40,000 nt of DNA from Paranoxybacillus vitaminiphilus (GCF_003259935.1 NZ_QLMH01000003.1:54628-94627); one strand, 5' to 3'. Positions 26,490-34,198 are shown, counted from the first letter of the stretch. Notes: generated by a model not told the origin, from the sequence alone. Program-made: numbers and translations.

Positions 26490-26819
26490 ATGAAAGTGTT
26501 TTATAACGGTAAAATCGAAAATGGAATTATGACAGTAGAATTAACTCATTACTCACCTGACATGTTAGACGATGAAACGAAAAACAACGGAATTATTCTA
26601 GAATTTGTAAACGAAGAGCCAACCCCTGAATTTATTGAGGGGAAGCTTCCGATTAAAAAAATTAATGTGATTACAAAAGAATTATTTTATGATTATGTGG
26701 ATTATATTAAACCAAAAACTGAAACAGAAATTATGCAAGAAAAAATTACTGAATTAGAAATATTAACAGGAAATTTAATGTTAGAGATTGCTACATTGAA
26801 AGCAGGAGGTGTTTCCTGA
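26490..26819 (+). CDS. Hypothetical protein at the XkdW position (possible fibre accessory/assembly protein)
   Basis: Located between the fibre gene and the XkdX-like gene. Has a C-terminal coiled segment EKITELEILTGNLMLEIATLK. ATG 26490 follows AAAGGTGG. Confidence 0.45.
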   Translation: MKVFYNGKIENGIMTVELTHYSPDMLDDETKNNGIILEFVNEEPTPEFIEGKLPIKKINVITKELFYDYVDYIKPKTETEIMQEKITELEILTGNLMLEIATLKAGGVS

Positions 26820-26959
26820 TGTGGTTTAATACAATTAAACGATTCTATGATAACGGTCATCCATCCTATACGAATGAAAGTTTGAAAATCTTTGTGAAAA
26901 CAGGCATGATCACAGCAGAACAATACGAAGAAATCACAGGTGAACCTTATACAGCGTAG
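26819..26959 (+). CDS. XkdX-family small protein (46 aa, below track cutoff)
   Basis: Hand translation: MWFNTIKRFYDNGHPSYTNESLKIFVKTGMITAEQYEEITGEPYTA*, which matches the XkdX pattern (W..IK..Y....Y....L..FV..G.IT.E.Y..ITG). The ATG overlaps the upstream TGA. Confidence 0.7.
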   Translation: MWFNTIKRFYDNGHPSYTNESLKIFVKTGMITAEQYEEITGEPYTA

Positions 26960-27005
26960 GTTCTTTTTTATTGCGTTTTTGGACGATAATACGCAACAGT
27001 AAATA

Positions 27006-27028
27006 ACACCTAGTAAGGTGTATTTTTT
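27006..27028 (+). terminator. Rho-independent terminator between the tail and lysis modules
   Basis: ACACCT-agta-AGGTGT followed by ATTTTTTAT. Confidence 0.6.
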
Positions 27029-27059
27029 ATGTCTTTTTTACAGAAAGAGAGGTTAAGTG

Positions 27060-27464
27060 ATGGAACGATTCGAGGTTGTTTACAAAACCGGCGCAGCTGT
27101 AATCGGGGCTGTCGTCGGTTTTCTTTTTGGTGGATGGTCAAAAGTATTGATTTTGCTTATAACGTTAGTTGTCATTGATTATGCCACTGGATTTTTAGCA
27201 GGTGCAGTAGAGAGAAAGCTTTCAAGCAAAGTGGGCTTTCGTGGAATTGCTAAAAAAATCATGATTTTCGTCATGGTTGCGGTTGGACATCTCGTTGATA
27301 CAGCGATTGGGACAAATCACATGTTTAGGGATGCGGCTATCTTTTTCTATTGCGCAAATGAGCTGGTATCTATTCTCGAAAATGCGGGGAGGATGGGACT
27401 GCCGGTTCCAGATAGACTACAACAAACCGTTGATATCTTGAAAGGAAGGGGGGAGAAAAAATGA
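27060..27464 (+). CDS. Holin (phage_holin_4_1 / toxin-secretion holin family)
   Basis: Three hydrophobic segments. The LVVIDYATGFLAG..KLSSKVGFRGIAKKI motif is typical of this holin family. Overlaps the endolysin start. Confidence 0.85.
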   Translation: MERFEVVYKTGAAVIGAVVGFLFGGWSKVLILLITLVVIDYATGFLAGAVERKLSSKVGFRGIAKKIMIFVMVAVGHLVDTAIGTNHMFRDAAIFFYCANELVSILENAGRMGLPVPDRLQQTVDILKGRGEKK

Positions 27465-28180
27465 AGATTGTTATTGACTTCGGCCATGGTGGTAGCGACC
27501 CTGGCGCGGTGGCGAATGGCTTGAGGGAAAAAGACTTAACGATGAAGATCGGTTTGATGATTGGCGACATGCTTTCTGACTATGAAGGTGTAGAAGTCAT
27601 CTATACTCGTAGCGATGACCGTTACTTATCATTAGAAGAACGAGCAGCAATTGCAAATAAAGCTGGAGCAGACTTTTTCTTATCTATTCATATCAACGCA
27701 GGGGGCGGCACAGGCTTCGAAAGCTATATTCACAACGGCAACGTCAGTACAAAAACAATTGCGTATCAAAACGTGATTCATGCGGAAATCATGAAAGCTA
27801 TTGGCAACGTCAAAGACAGAGGAAAGAAACGCGCAAACTATGCTGTTCTTCGTGAAACGAAGATGCCGGCGCTTCTGACAGAAAATCTATTCATCGACAA
27901 CGCAAGTGATGCGACAAAATTGAAATCACAAGAATTCATTTTGAAAATCGCAAGTGGCCATGTGGAAGGTATCGTGAAAGCGTTCGGGTTGAAGAAGAAA
28001 AAGGAGGCAGTGAAGATGCCAGAACAAGCAAAAACGCAATACGACAAAGAAGTCGATGCAGCGTTTGAATTTTTGAAGCAACACGGGGTTGTGGCGCAAG
28101 ATCGTCGTAATGAACCAGTGACACGTGCTCAAATGTTTTTGATGTTGCATCGATTTGCGAAAAATGTGTTGAAGAAATAG
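27461..28180 (+). CDS. Endolysin, N-acetylmuramoyl-L-alanine amidase (Amidase_3) with a short SLH-like C-terminal segment
   Basis: MKIVIDFGHGGSDPGAV.NG..EKD and SIHINAG motifs. The C-terminus GVVAQDRRNEPVTRAQMFLMLHRF is SLH-like. Confidence 0.92.
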   Translation: MKIVIDFGHGGSDPGAVANGLREKDLTMKIGLMIGDMLSDYEGVEVIYTRSDDRYLSLEERAAIANKAGADFFLSIHINAGGGTGFESYIHNGNVSTKTIAYQNVIHAEIMKAIGNVKDRGKKRANYAVLRETKMPALLTENLFIDNASDATKLKSQEFILKIASGHVEGIVKAFGLKKKKEAVKMPEQAKTQYDKEVDAAFEFLKQHGVVAQDRRNEPVTRAQMFLMLHRFAKNVLKK

Positions 28181-28182
28181 TT

Positions 28183-28211
28183 CCCCCTGCCGTTTGGCGG
28201 GGGATTTTTTT
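28183..28211 (+). terminator. Rho-independent terminator of the lysis cassette
   Basis: CCCCCtGCC-gttt-GGCGGGGG followed by a run of Ts. Confidence 0.75.
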
Positions 28212-28216
28212 GTTTT

Positions 28217-28245
28217 TTGTAATTTTTTATATTAAAATGTAAAAT
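28217..28245 (+). promoter_or_regulatory. Candidate sigma-A promoter for the AbrB-like gene
   Basis: TTGTAA (28217-28222), a 17-nt spacer ending in TG, then TAAAAT (28240-28245). It lies about 30 nt upstream of the start codon. Confidence 0.5.
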
Positions 28246-28274
28246 ATAGTAAAAAGAGATTGGGGGATATACCA

Positions 28275-28559
28275 ATGAAATCAACAGGGGTTGTTCGTAA
28301 ACTTGACGAGTTAGGTCGCATTGTTATTCCTATTGAATTACGCCGTACTTTAGGTATCGCTGAAAAAGACCCATTAGAAATTTTTGTTGATGATGAACTT
28401 ATTATTTTAAAGAAATATAAACCAAATATGGCATGTCAAGTAACTGGCGAAGTTTCTGATAACAATCTTCGGCTTGCAGGTGGTAAAATTATTTTAAGTC
28501 GTGAGGGTGCGGAGCAATTGTTAAAAGAGATTGAGCAATGTTTATTAAATGTTAAGTAG
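28275..28559 (+). CDS. abrB: AbrB-family transition-state regulator (prophage-borne paralogue)
   Basis: MKSTGVVRKLDELGRIVIPIELRRTLGIAEKDPLEIFVDDELIILKKYKPNMACQVTGEVSDNNLRLAGGKIILSREGAEQ is collinear and near-identical over its full length with B. subtilis AbrB as I recall it. Confidence 0.92.
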   Translation: MKSTGVVRKLDELGRIVIPIELRRTLGIAEKDPLEIFVDDELIILKKYKPNMACQVTGEVSDNNLRLAGGKIILSREGAEQLLKEIEQCLLNVK

Positions 28560-28564
28560 CCTAC

Positions 28565-28591
28565 AGCCTACTCCTTTGAGTAGGCTTTTTG
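28565..28591 (+). terminator. Rho-independent terminator of the abrB-like gene
   Basis: AGCCTACTC-cttt-GAGTAGGCT followed by TTTTT. Confidence 0.75.
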
Positions 28592-28603
28592 TTCATAAAA
28601 AAG

Positions 28604-28623
28604 AAGGCGGAGTGATCCGCCTT
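28604..28623. terminator. Bidirectional terminator-like hairpin at the prophage/host junction
   Basis: AAGGCGGA-gtga-TCCGCCTT, flanked by an A-run on the left and ATTGTTTTT on the right. It would also terminate the truncated minus-strand lipoprotein gene. Confidence 0.55.
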
Positions 28624-28649
28624 ATTGTTTTTCGTTTATGGTTAGAGTA

Positions 28650-29036
28650 TTATCGTTGAGAAGGAGCAATCAAGGTATTATAAACCTGTTTGAAAGTTAA
28701 CTTTACATGAGCAAAGTTAATGACAGGATCATTCGTCCCTTGGCTATAAACATAAATCGAGGTTTCCGAACCGACTAAAGCGATATCCGCTCCTCCTGAT
28801 AACAGGGCTGTCATCGTTTTGTCGCCGCCCCAGGTTGTTTTTAAATCAATTTTTAACCCTTCCTCTTCAAAAAAGCCTTCAGATAGGGCAACATATTGTG
28901 GGGCGTAAAAAATCGAATGAGTTACTTCGGCGACACGCAATGTTTTTAGTTCTTCTTTTTGGCTGCAGGCAGTGATAGGAATCATGAGGAGAAGAGCGAG
29001 AGCGAACATCATAAAAAACTTTAACGATTTTTTCAT
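28650..29036 (-). pseudogene. ytlA: 5' fragment of an NMT1/SsuA-type ABC-transporter substrate-binding lipoprotein gene (ytlA-like), truncated by the prophage
   Basis: Signal peptide plus lipobox (LMIPITAC), then RVAEVTHSIFYAPQYVALSEGFFEEEGL..GGDKTMTALLSGGADIALVGSETSIYVY. The ORF stops at 128 aa, whereas this family is about 3 times longer. The last ~18 aa look unrelated. Confidence 0.72.
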
Positions 29037-29130
29037 AGCGGTATACCTCCTAATAAAAAATGAAAAACGAAGTCTACCATATCGTATGCATGGAGTGAAA
29101 ATGTGTGAATGCCCAGAAAGGAGAGGAAAG

Positions 29131-29910
29131 ATGGACGGAACGATTGTCGAAAAGCAGCGGTTTCCTTCGCCTAATCCGCATATTGACGTATATCTTGTTA
29201 CATATATGTGCCAAGGCTTAAAAATTAAAGGGTTTTTGGCCGAACCGAAAGCATTCGGTATGTACGATGGGTTTCTCTATTTGCGCGGCGGCATTAAAAA
29301 TGTCGGGCAAGTGCGTCTGGCGCGGATTACACAGTTTGCTGCAGAAGGTTTTGTTGTGATGGCGCCGTTTTACCGCGGCAATCAAGGCGGCGAAGGAAAC
29401 GAGGATTTTGCCGGGGAAGACCGTTATGATGCATTGGCAAGTTTTAAAGTGTTGGAACATCATAAGAAAGTAAATAAAGAGCGAATTCATGTGTTTGGTT
29501 TTTCGCGCGGTGGAGCCATGGCGCTGCATACAGCGATTCTTGAACCGAAAGTACGTTCTGTTGTCGTCTGGGGCGGCGTGTCGGATATGGAGTTAACGTA
29601 TTGGGAACGGCTCGATTTGCGCAGAATGATGAAACGAGTGATTGGCGGGACTCCTTCTAAATATCCAGAAAGATATAAGTGGCGCACACCGCTATACGAA
29701 GCAGAGCGGATTCAAGCGCCTGTGTTAATTATTCATGGAGAGAAAGACGAGAACGTGTCGGTGGAACATGCATATCGCTTAGAAAAACGTTTGCAAGAGT
29801 TAAATAAATGTGTTACAGCCTGGTATTTTCCTAAATTCACTCATTATTTTCCGCCAAAAGAAAATCGTGAAACAGTGAAAAGGCTTACAGAATGGATGAA
29901 AAGTCAATAA
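29131..29910 (+). CDS. ytmA: Alpha/beta hydrolase, S9 peptidase / dienelactone-hydrolase-like (YtmA-like)
   Basis: GFSRGG nucleophile elbow, IIHGEKDENV and a terminal His region. GGAGAGG precedes ATG 29131. The track start at 28972 overlaps the divergent gene. Confidence 0.82.
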   Translation: MDGTIVEKQRFPSPNPHIDVYLVTYMCQGLKIKGFLAEPKAFGMYDGFLYLRGGIKNVGQVRLARITQFAAEGFVVMAPFYRGNQGGEGNEDFAGEDRYDALASFKVLEHHKKVNKERIHVFGFSRGGAMALHTAILEPKVRSVVVWGGVSDMELTYWERLDLRRMMKRVIGGTPSKYPERYKWRTPLYEAERIQAPVLIIHGEKDENVSVEHAYRLEKRLQELNKCVTAWYFPKFTHYFPPKENRETVKRLTEWMKSQ

Positions 29911-29959
29911 AAATCGTGATAGTATGTATACAGAAAAAAAGTGAAAGAGAGGGATTTTT

Positions 29960-30202
29960 ATGGGAATGCCGTTGGAGTTTAATACATTAATTGTTACAAA
30001 AGGGAAAGAACAGCGGGTGGAGGAGAATACGTTTATTCTTGAAAAGGAAGGGTACCGGATTTATCCAATCAATATTCCGATTGAAGTAAGAAGAACGCTC
30101 CAAAGTGAAGCGAGCGGCCAAGCGGTAGTGCGAAAAATTGTGCTGGAAAATAATAAAACGGTTATTACGTATGAGTTAATCTCTTTAAATTCAATCAATT
30201 AG
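29960..30202 (+). CDS. ytmB: DUF2584-like small protein (YtmB-like)
   Basis: 80 aa. The MGMPLEFNTLIVTKGKE start matches my recollection of B. subtilis YtmB. Synteny with ytmA and pckA. Confidence 0.7.
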   Translation: MGMPLEFNTLIVTKGKEQRVEENTFILEKEGYRIYPINIPIEVRRTLQSEASGQAVVRKIVLENNKTVITYELISLNSIN

Positions 30203-30220
30203 GACCGGATTTTAATAAAT

Positions 30221-30262
30221 AAAAAAGCAGTTCCAATGATGGGGATCGGAACTGCTTTTTTA
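30221..30262. terminator. Bidirectional rho-independent terminator after ytmB
   Basis: GCAGTTCC (30227-30234) pairs with GGAACTGC (30248-30255), flanked by AAAAAA and TTTTTT. Confidence 0.7.
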
Positions 30263-30293
30263 TTAAGTTTACATGGCTGCTTCCACTTTTCTA

Positions 30294-30549
30294 GATGTCT
30301 AGCTCGGCTCGCAGTCGCTCGAGACATTTCGAATCCACACTGCGGCGGCAACAGCCTCCTCGGTGGCTTCGAAATGCTGGTCGCGACTAGGCGCTCGCCT
30401 CCGCTTTTCTTGATGTCTAGCTCGGCTCGCAGTCGCTCGAGACATTTCGAATCCACACTGCGGCGGCAACAGCCTCCTCGGTGGCTTCGAAATGCTGGTC
30501 GCGACTAGGCGCTCGCCTCCGCTTTTCTTGATGTCTAGCTCGGCTCGCA
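30294..30549. repeat. GC-rich 118-bp tandem repeat: two identical full copies plus a 20-bp third start. The related 3'-end motif GCGCTCGCCTCCGCTTTTCTT recurs at 30682-30702.
   Basis: Copies start at 30294, 30412 and 30530 and are identical by eye. The unit is 71/118 G+C by hand count and contains a long imperfect hairpin (AGTCGC..CATTTCGAA / TTCGAAATG..GCGACT). Confidence 0.92.
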
Positions 30550-30701
30550 ACGTGTCAACTGCTTGAATCAGCATCTTCGCGGACATGCGCCGAGTAATCG
30601 CAGGCGCAGCTTCCGGAAAATAACCTTCCTCCGTCGAAATGCAAGCATTTCTCGTCGGAAGAACATTTTCCTTCGGCGTTAAGCGCTCGCCTCCGCTTTT
30701 C

Positions 30702-32288
30702 TTATGCAATTGGTCCGCCTAGTTTTTCGATTTCCGGAGCAACGTTAGCGAATTTTTTGAAGTTTGCACGGAATTTGGCCGCAAGTTCCTTTGCTTTCGC
30801 TTCATATAAGTCTTTGTCTGCCCATGTATTTTTTGGCTGTAATACTTCATCTGGCACTCCAGGAACATGTAACGGAATTTCAAGGCCGAAAATAGGGTCT
30901 TTTACCGTTTCAACATTATTTAATTCGCCTTCAACAGCTGCCTGTACCATCGCACGTGTATATTGCAATTTTATGCGGCTGCCGACGCCGTACTCTCCAC
31001 CTGTCCAACCAGTGTTTACTAAAAATACTTGCACATTGTGTTCATCGATTTTCTTGCCGAGCATTTCAGCGTAGCGTGTAGCCGGAAGCGGCAGGAACGG
31101 TGAACCGAAGCAAGTAGAAAACGTTGCCTGAGGTGAAGTAATGCCGCGTTCTGTTCCTGCTAGTTTGCTTGTGTAGCCGCTTAAGAAGTGATACATTGCT
31201 TGTTCTTTTGTCAATTTGCTGATTGGCGGCAATACGCCGAATGCGTCAGCTGTAAGGAAAATAATTGTGCTTGGATGGCCGGCAATGCTTGGGTCGACAA
31301 TGTTATCCATCGCTTGGATTGGATATGCTGCACGCGTGTTTTCTGTTAATGTTGCATCGTCATAGTCGGCTATTCTCGTTTGCTCGTCTACAATCACGTT
31401 TTCTAATACAGAACCGAAGCGAATGGCATCAAAAATTTGCGGTTCTTTTTCACGTGAAAGATTGATACATTTCGCATAGCAGCCGCCTTCGATGTTGAAC
31501 ACACCCGAATTGGACCAGCCATGTTCGTCGTCACCAATCAAGCGGCGGTTCGGGTCAGCTGAAAGCGTAGTTTTTCCTGTTCCGGAAAGTCCGAAGAATA
31601 AAGCGACATCGCCCTCTTGTCCAACGTTTGCGGAACAGTGCATTGGCAAAATACCTTGTTCTGGAAGCATATAGTTCATAACGGAGAAGATGGATTTTTT
31701 CATTTCGCCGGCATATTCTGTTCCGCCAATCAATACGGTACGGCGCTCAAAAGAAATAATGATAAATGTTTCTGATTTTGTACCATCCACAGCAGGATCA
31801 GCTTTAAAGTTTGGAACGGAGATAACGGTAAATTCCGCTTCATGTGTTTGTAACTCTTCTTCTGTTGGGCGAATAAACAACTGATGCGCGAACAAGTTAT
31901 GCCATGCAAACTCGTTTACGACTTGAATCGGCATGCGATATCTTTTATCCGCCCCTGCAAAACCTTTGAATACAAAAATTTCATCTTTACTCATTAAATA
32001 ATCAATTACTTTATTATAAAGTTTGTCAAATACTTCTTCAGAAATCGGCTGATTTACTGCGCCCCAATCGATTTTATCTTTCACGGAAGATTCTTCTACT
32101 ATGAATTTGTCTTTTGGGGATCTTCCGGTATATTTTCCAGTTGTTGCGCGAAGTGCGCCGGTAGAAGTAAGAATTCCTTCTTTGCGTTCAAGTGCTTTTT
32201 CTACTAATTGTGGTACCGATAAGTTATGAAGTGTGTTAGGCTGTTGCAGCAATGCGGCTAATTTATTTGTCACATCAACAGTGTTCAT
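30702..32288 (-). CDS. pckA: Phosphoenolpyruvate carboxykinase (ATP)
   Basis: 528 aa. [10 protein letters not shown]-loop, GDDEHGW and NIEGGCYAK motifs. Confidence 0.97.
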   Translation of the reverse strand: MNTVDVTNKLAALLQQPNTLHNLSVPQLVEKALERKEGILTSTGALRATTGKYTGRSPKDKFIVEESSVKDKIDWGAVNQPISEEVFDKLYNKVIDYLMSKDEIFVFKGFAGADKRYRMPIQVVNEFAWHNLFAHQLFIRPTEEELQTHEAEFTVISVPNFKADPAVDGTKSETFIIISFERRTVLIGGTEYAGEMKKSIFSVMNYMLPEQGILPMHCSANVGQEGDVALFFGLSGTGKTTLSADPNRRLIGDDEHGWSNSGVFNIEGGCYAKCINLSREKEPQIFDAIRFGSVLENVIVDEQTRIADYDDATLTENTRAAYPIQAMDNIVDPSIAGHPSTIIFLTADAFGVLPPISKLTKEQAMYHFLSGYTSKLAGTERGITSPQATFSTCFGSPFLPLPATRYAEMLGKKIDEHNVQVFLVNTGWTGGEYGVGSRIKLQYTRAMVQAAVEGELNNVETVKDPIFGLEIPLHVPGVPDEVLQPKNTWADKDLYEAKAKELAAKFRANFKKFANVAPEIEKLGGPIA

Positions 32289-32499
32289 CTACAAAACCTA
32301 CCTTCTTGTGATTTGTTTTAAAAATAGTATAACACATTTATTTTATTAGTCCATACTATTTATGGTGATTTTTATTTTTTATTTTACATTTATTTTCTCA
32401 TTTCAGCCTGATAAAAATATGAAATTTTGTTAAAACATGATCTTCTTTAATTTTTTATTATGAGGAAAAAATCTCTATAAAAAAATTTGTCTAATTTTG

Positions 32500-32529
32500 T
32501 TGACTTTTTTTATATGATTACGTTATGAT
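32500..32529 (+). promoter_or_regulatory. Candidate sigma-A promoter of the metK leader
   Basis: TTGACT (32500-32505), an 18-nt spacer, then TATGAT (32524-32529). It lies about 18 nt upstream of the riboswitch P1 helix. Confidence 0.5.
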
Positions 32530-32546
32530 ATCGTATTGAACGGATA

Positions 32547-32720
32547 CTCTTATCCCGAGTTGGTGGAGGGACAGGCCCGATGAAACCCAGCAACCGTCAC
32601 AGCATTATATATGTGAAATGGTGCTAACCTGTGGCAAGGCAGCGTCCTTGAACGATAAGAGTGAAAGGCGTGAAATGAAGGCAATTACCTTTCCTCGAAG
32701 TTGAAGGAAAGGTTTTTTAT
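32547..32720 (+). promoter_or_regulatory. SAM-I (S-box) riboswitch with terminator expression platform
   Basis: CTCTTATCccGAG..GGTGGAGGGAcaGGCCCGATGAAACCCaGCAACC...GGTGCTAAcCtg...GATAAGAG core, then terminator ACCTTTCCT/AGGAAAGGT plus TTTTTT (32687-32718), upstream of metK. Confidence 0.93.
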
Positions 32721-32849
32721 ATGCTCATTTTTGGCTAAACAGTTAGCATTTTAACAAATAATAATAGGGAATGAGTACCGTGTCACCATAAAAGGACTGT
32801 CAATCGCCTTCGCTGATGCATTAAATGAATAAAAAGGAGGATAATTAGT

Positions 32850-34061
32850 ATGTCAACAAAACGCCGTCTATTTACTTCTGAGTCCGTAACGGAAGGTCAT
32901 CCTGATAAAATTTGTGACCAAATTTCTGATGCGATTTTAGATGCGATTTTAGCGAAAGACCCTAATGCCCGCGTTGCTTGCGAAACGAGCGTAACAACAG
33001 GTTTAGTGTTAGTAAGCGGCGAAATTACAACATCTACTTATGTGGATATTCCTAAAATTGTCCGCGATACGATCCGTGAAATCGGTTATACTCGCGCGAA
33101 ATACGGTTTTGATGCAGATACTTGCGCTGTTTTAACTTCTATTGATGAGCAATCACCAGATATCGCAATGGGGGTTGACAAAGCGCTCGAAGCTCGCGAA
33201 GGTCAGATGACTGACGAGGAAATCGAAGCGATTGGGGCTGGCGACCAAGGTTTAATGTTTGGCTTTGCGTGCAATGAAACAAAAGAGCTTATGCCGCTGC
33301 CTATTTCTTTAGCTCATAAACTTGCCCGCCGTTTAGCAGAAGTGCGTAAAGAGGATATTCTTCCTTATTTACGTCCGGATGGAAAAACACAAGTAACAGT
33401 TGAATACGATGAAAACGGCAAGCCAGTCCGCATCGATACCATTGTTGTTTCTACGCAGCATCATCCAGAAATTACACAAGATCAAATTGTGCGCAATATT
33501 AAAGAACATGTGATTCAACCAGTTGTACCAGCGGAATTAATCGATGAAAATACAAAATATTTCATCAACCCGACAGGACGCTTTGTTATCGGTGGTCCAC
33601 AAGGTGACGCTGGTTTAACAGGCCGCAAAATTATCGTTGATACTTACGGTGGTTATGCTCGTCACGGCGGTGGAGCGTTCTCAGGGAAAGACCCTACAAA
33701 AGTTGACCGTTCTGCTGCGTATGCGGCACGTTATGTGGCGAAGAACATCGTTGCGGCAGGACTTGCAGATAAATGTGAAGTACAATTAGCGTACGCAATC
33801 GGTGTAGCAAAACCAGTTTCCATTTCTATTGACACATTTGGCACAGGAAAAGTATCAGAAGATGTATTGATTGAAGTTGTTCGTAACAACTTTGACCTTC
33901 GTCCAGCTGGCATTATTAAAATGCTAGATTTACGTCGTCCAATTTATAAGCAAACAGCTGCTTACGGTCACTTCGGCCGCACAGATATTGACCTTCCGTG
34001 GGAACGCACAGACAAAGCGGAGACGTTAAAAGAACAAGCATTTGCTTTAGCGAAAAAATAA
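32850..34061 (+). CDS. metK: S-adenosylmethionine synthetase
   Basis: [30 protein letters not shown] and [16 protein letters not shown] motifs. RBS AAAAGGAGG. Confidence 0.98.
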   Translation: MSTKRRLFTSESVTEGHPDKICDQISDAILDAILAKDPNARVACETSVTTGLVLVSGEITTSTYVDIPKIVRDTIREIGYTRAKYGFDADTCAVLTSIDEQSPDIAMGVDKALEAREGQMTDEEIEAIGAGDQGLMFGFACNETKELMPLPISLAHKLARRLAEVRKEDILPYLRPDGKTQVTVEYDENGKPVRIDTIVVSTQHHPEITQDQIVRNIKEHVIQPVVPAELIDENTKYFINPTGRFVIGGPQGDAGLTGRKIIVDTYGGYARHGGGAFSGKDPTKVDRSAAYAARYVAKNIVAAGLADKCEVQLAYAIGVAKPVSISIDTFGTGKVSEDVLIEVVRNNFDLRPAGIIKMLDLRRPIYKQTAAYGHFGRTDIDLPWERTDKAETLKEQAFALAKK

Positions 34062-34067
34062 GTTTTT

Positions 34068-34170
34068 GAAAGAGGCTGACTAAAAAGCGAAGTGTCAGAC
34101 CACTCACGTCACCATACATCGTGAATGGTGCGTGAGGTTGGACACTTATCGGTCAGCCTCTTTCGTTTTT
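34068..34170. repeat. About 100-bp nested-palindrome element acting as the metK terminator (family copy A)
   Basis: AAAGAGGCTGAC..AAGTGTCAGACC..ACTCACG..TCACCAT / ATGGTG..CGTGAGGT..GGACACTT..GGTCAGCCTCTTT, followed by T-rich sequence. Confidence 0.75.
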
Positions 34171-34198
34171 AACATTCCCCCATGTAGGTGGGAGAGGT

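Larger units (their letters stand above)
1..28700. mobile_element. Right-hand part of an integrated temperate myovirus-type prophage (SPP1-like head genes, PBSX-like contractile tail). The left end with the integrase is outside the window and the right boundary is approximate.
   Basis: Uninterrupted + strand series of phage replication, packaging, head, tail, baseplate/fibre and lysis genes. It ends where a host lipoprotein gene is truncated (28650..29036) and B. subtilis-like core synteny begins. Confidence 0.85.

Noticed and set aside
28560-28720. tRNA or tmRNA gene as the prophage attachment site
   Set aside because: No cloverleaf-compatible sequence or conserved T-loop (GTTCRANYC-like) motif is seen at the junction. 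The junction falls inside a protein-coding gene instead.
28972-29130. N-terminal extension of the ytmA-like ORF. The analogous extension 35221..35505 of ytpA was also considered.
   Set aside because: The extensions run across the divergent or opposite-strand gene and its promoter region. Internal ATGs (29131 and 35506) have good RBSs and give proteins of the expected family length.
30294-30549. Possible CRISPR array, because of identical direct repeats
   Set aside because: The repeats are 118 bp long and directly abutting, with no unique spacers, and there are only about 2.2 copies. There are no cas genes nearby. It is a tandem duplication of a palindromic element, not a CRISPR array.
30199-30709. 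Track ORFs 30199..30456(-), 30236..30508(+) and 30299..30709(-)
   Set aside because: They lie entirely within the GC-rich tandem repeat and overlap each other on both strands. They have repetitive Arg/Ser/Pro-rich sequences and no RBS. They are open frames created by repeat composition.
32289-32546. Possible additional riboswitch or sRNA in the long AT-rich pckA-metK divergent intergenic region
   Set aside because: Apart from the S-box element starting at 32547, I see only AT-rich promoter-like sequence and no conserved structured motif. This is most simply the two divergent promoters.
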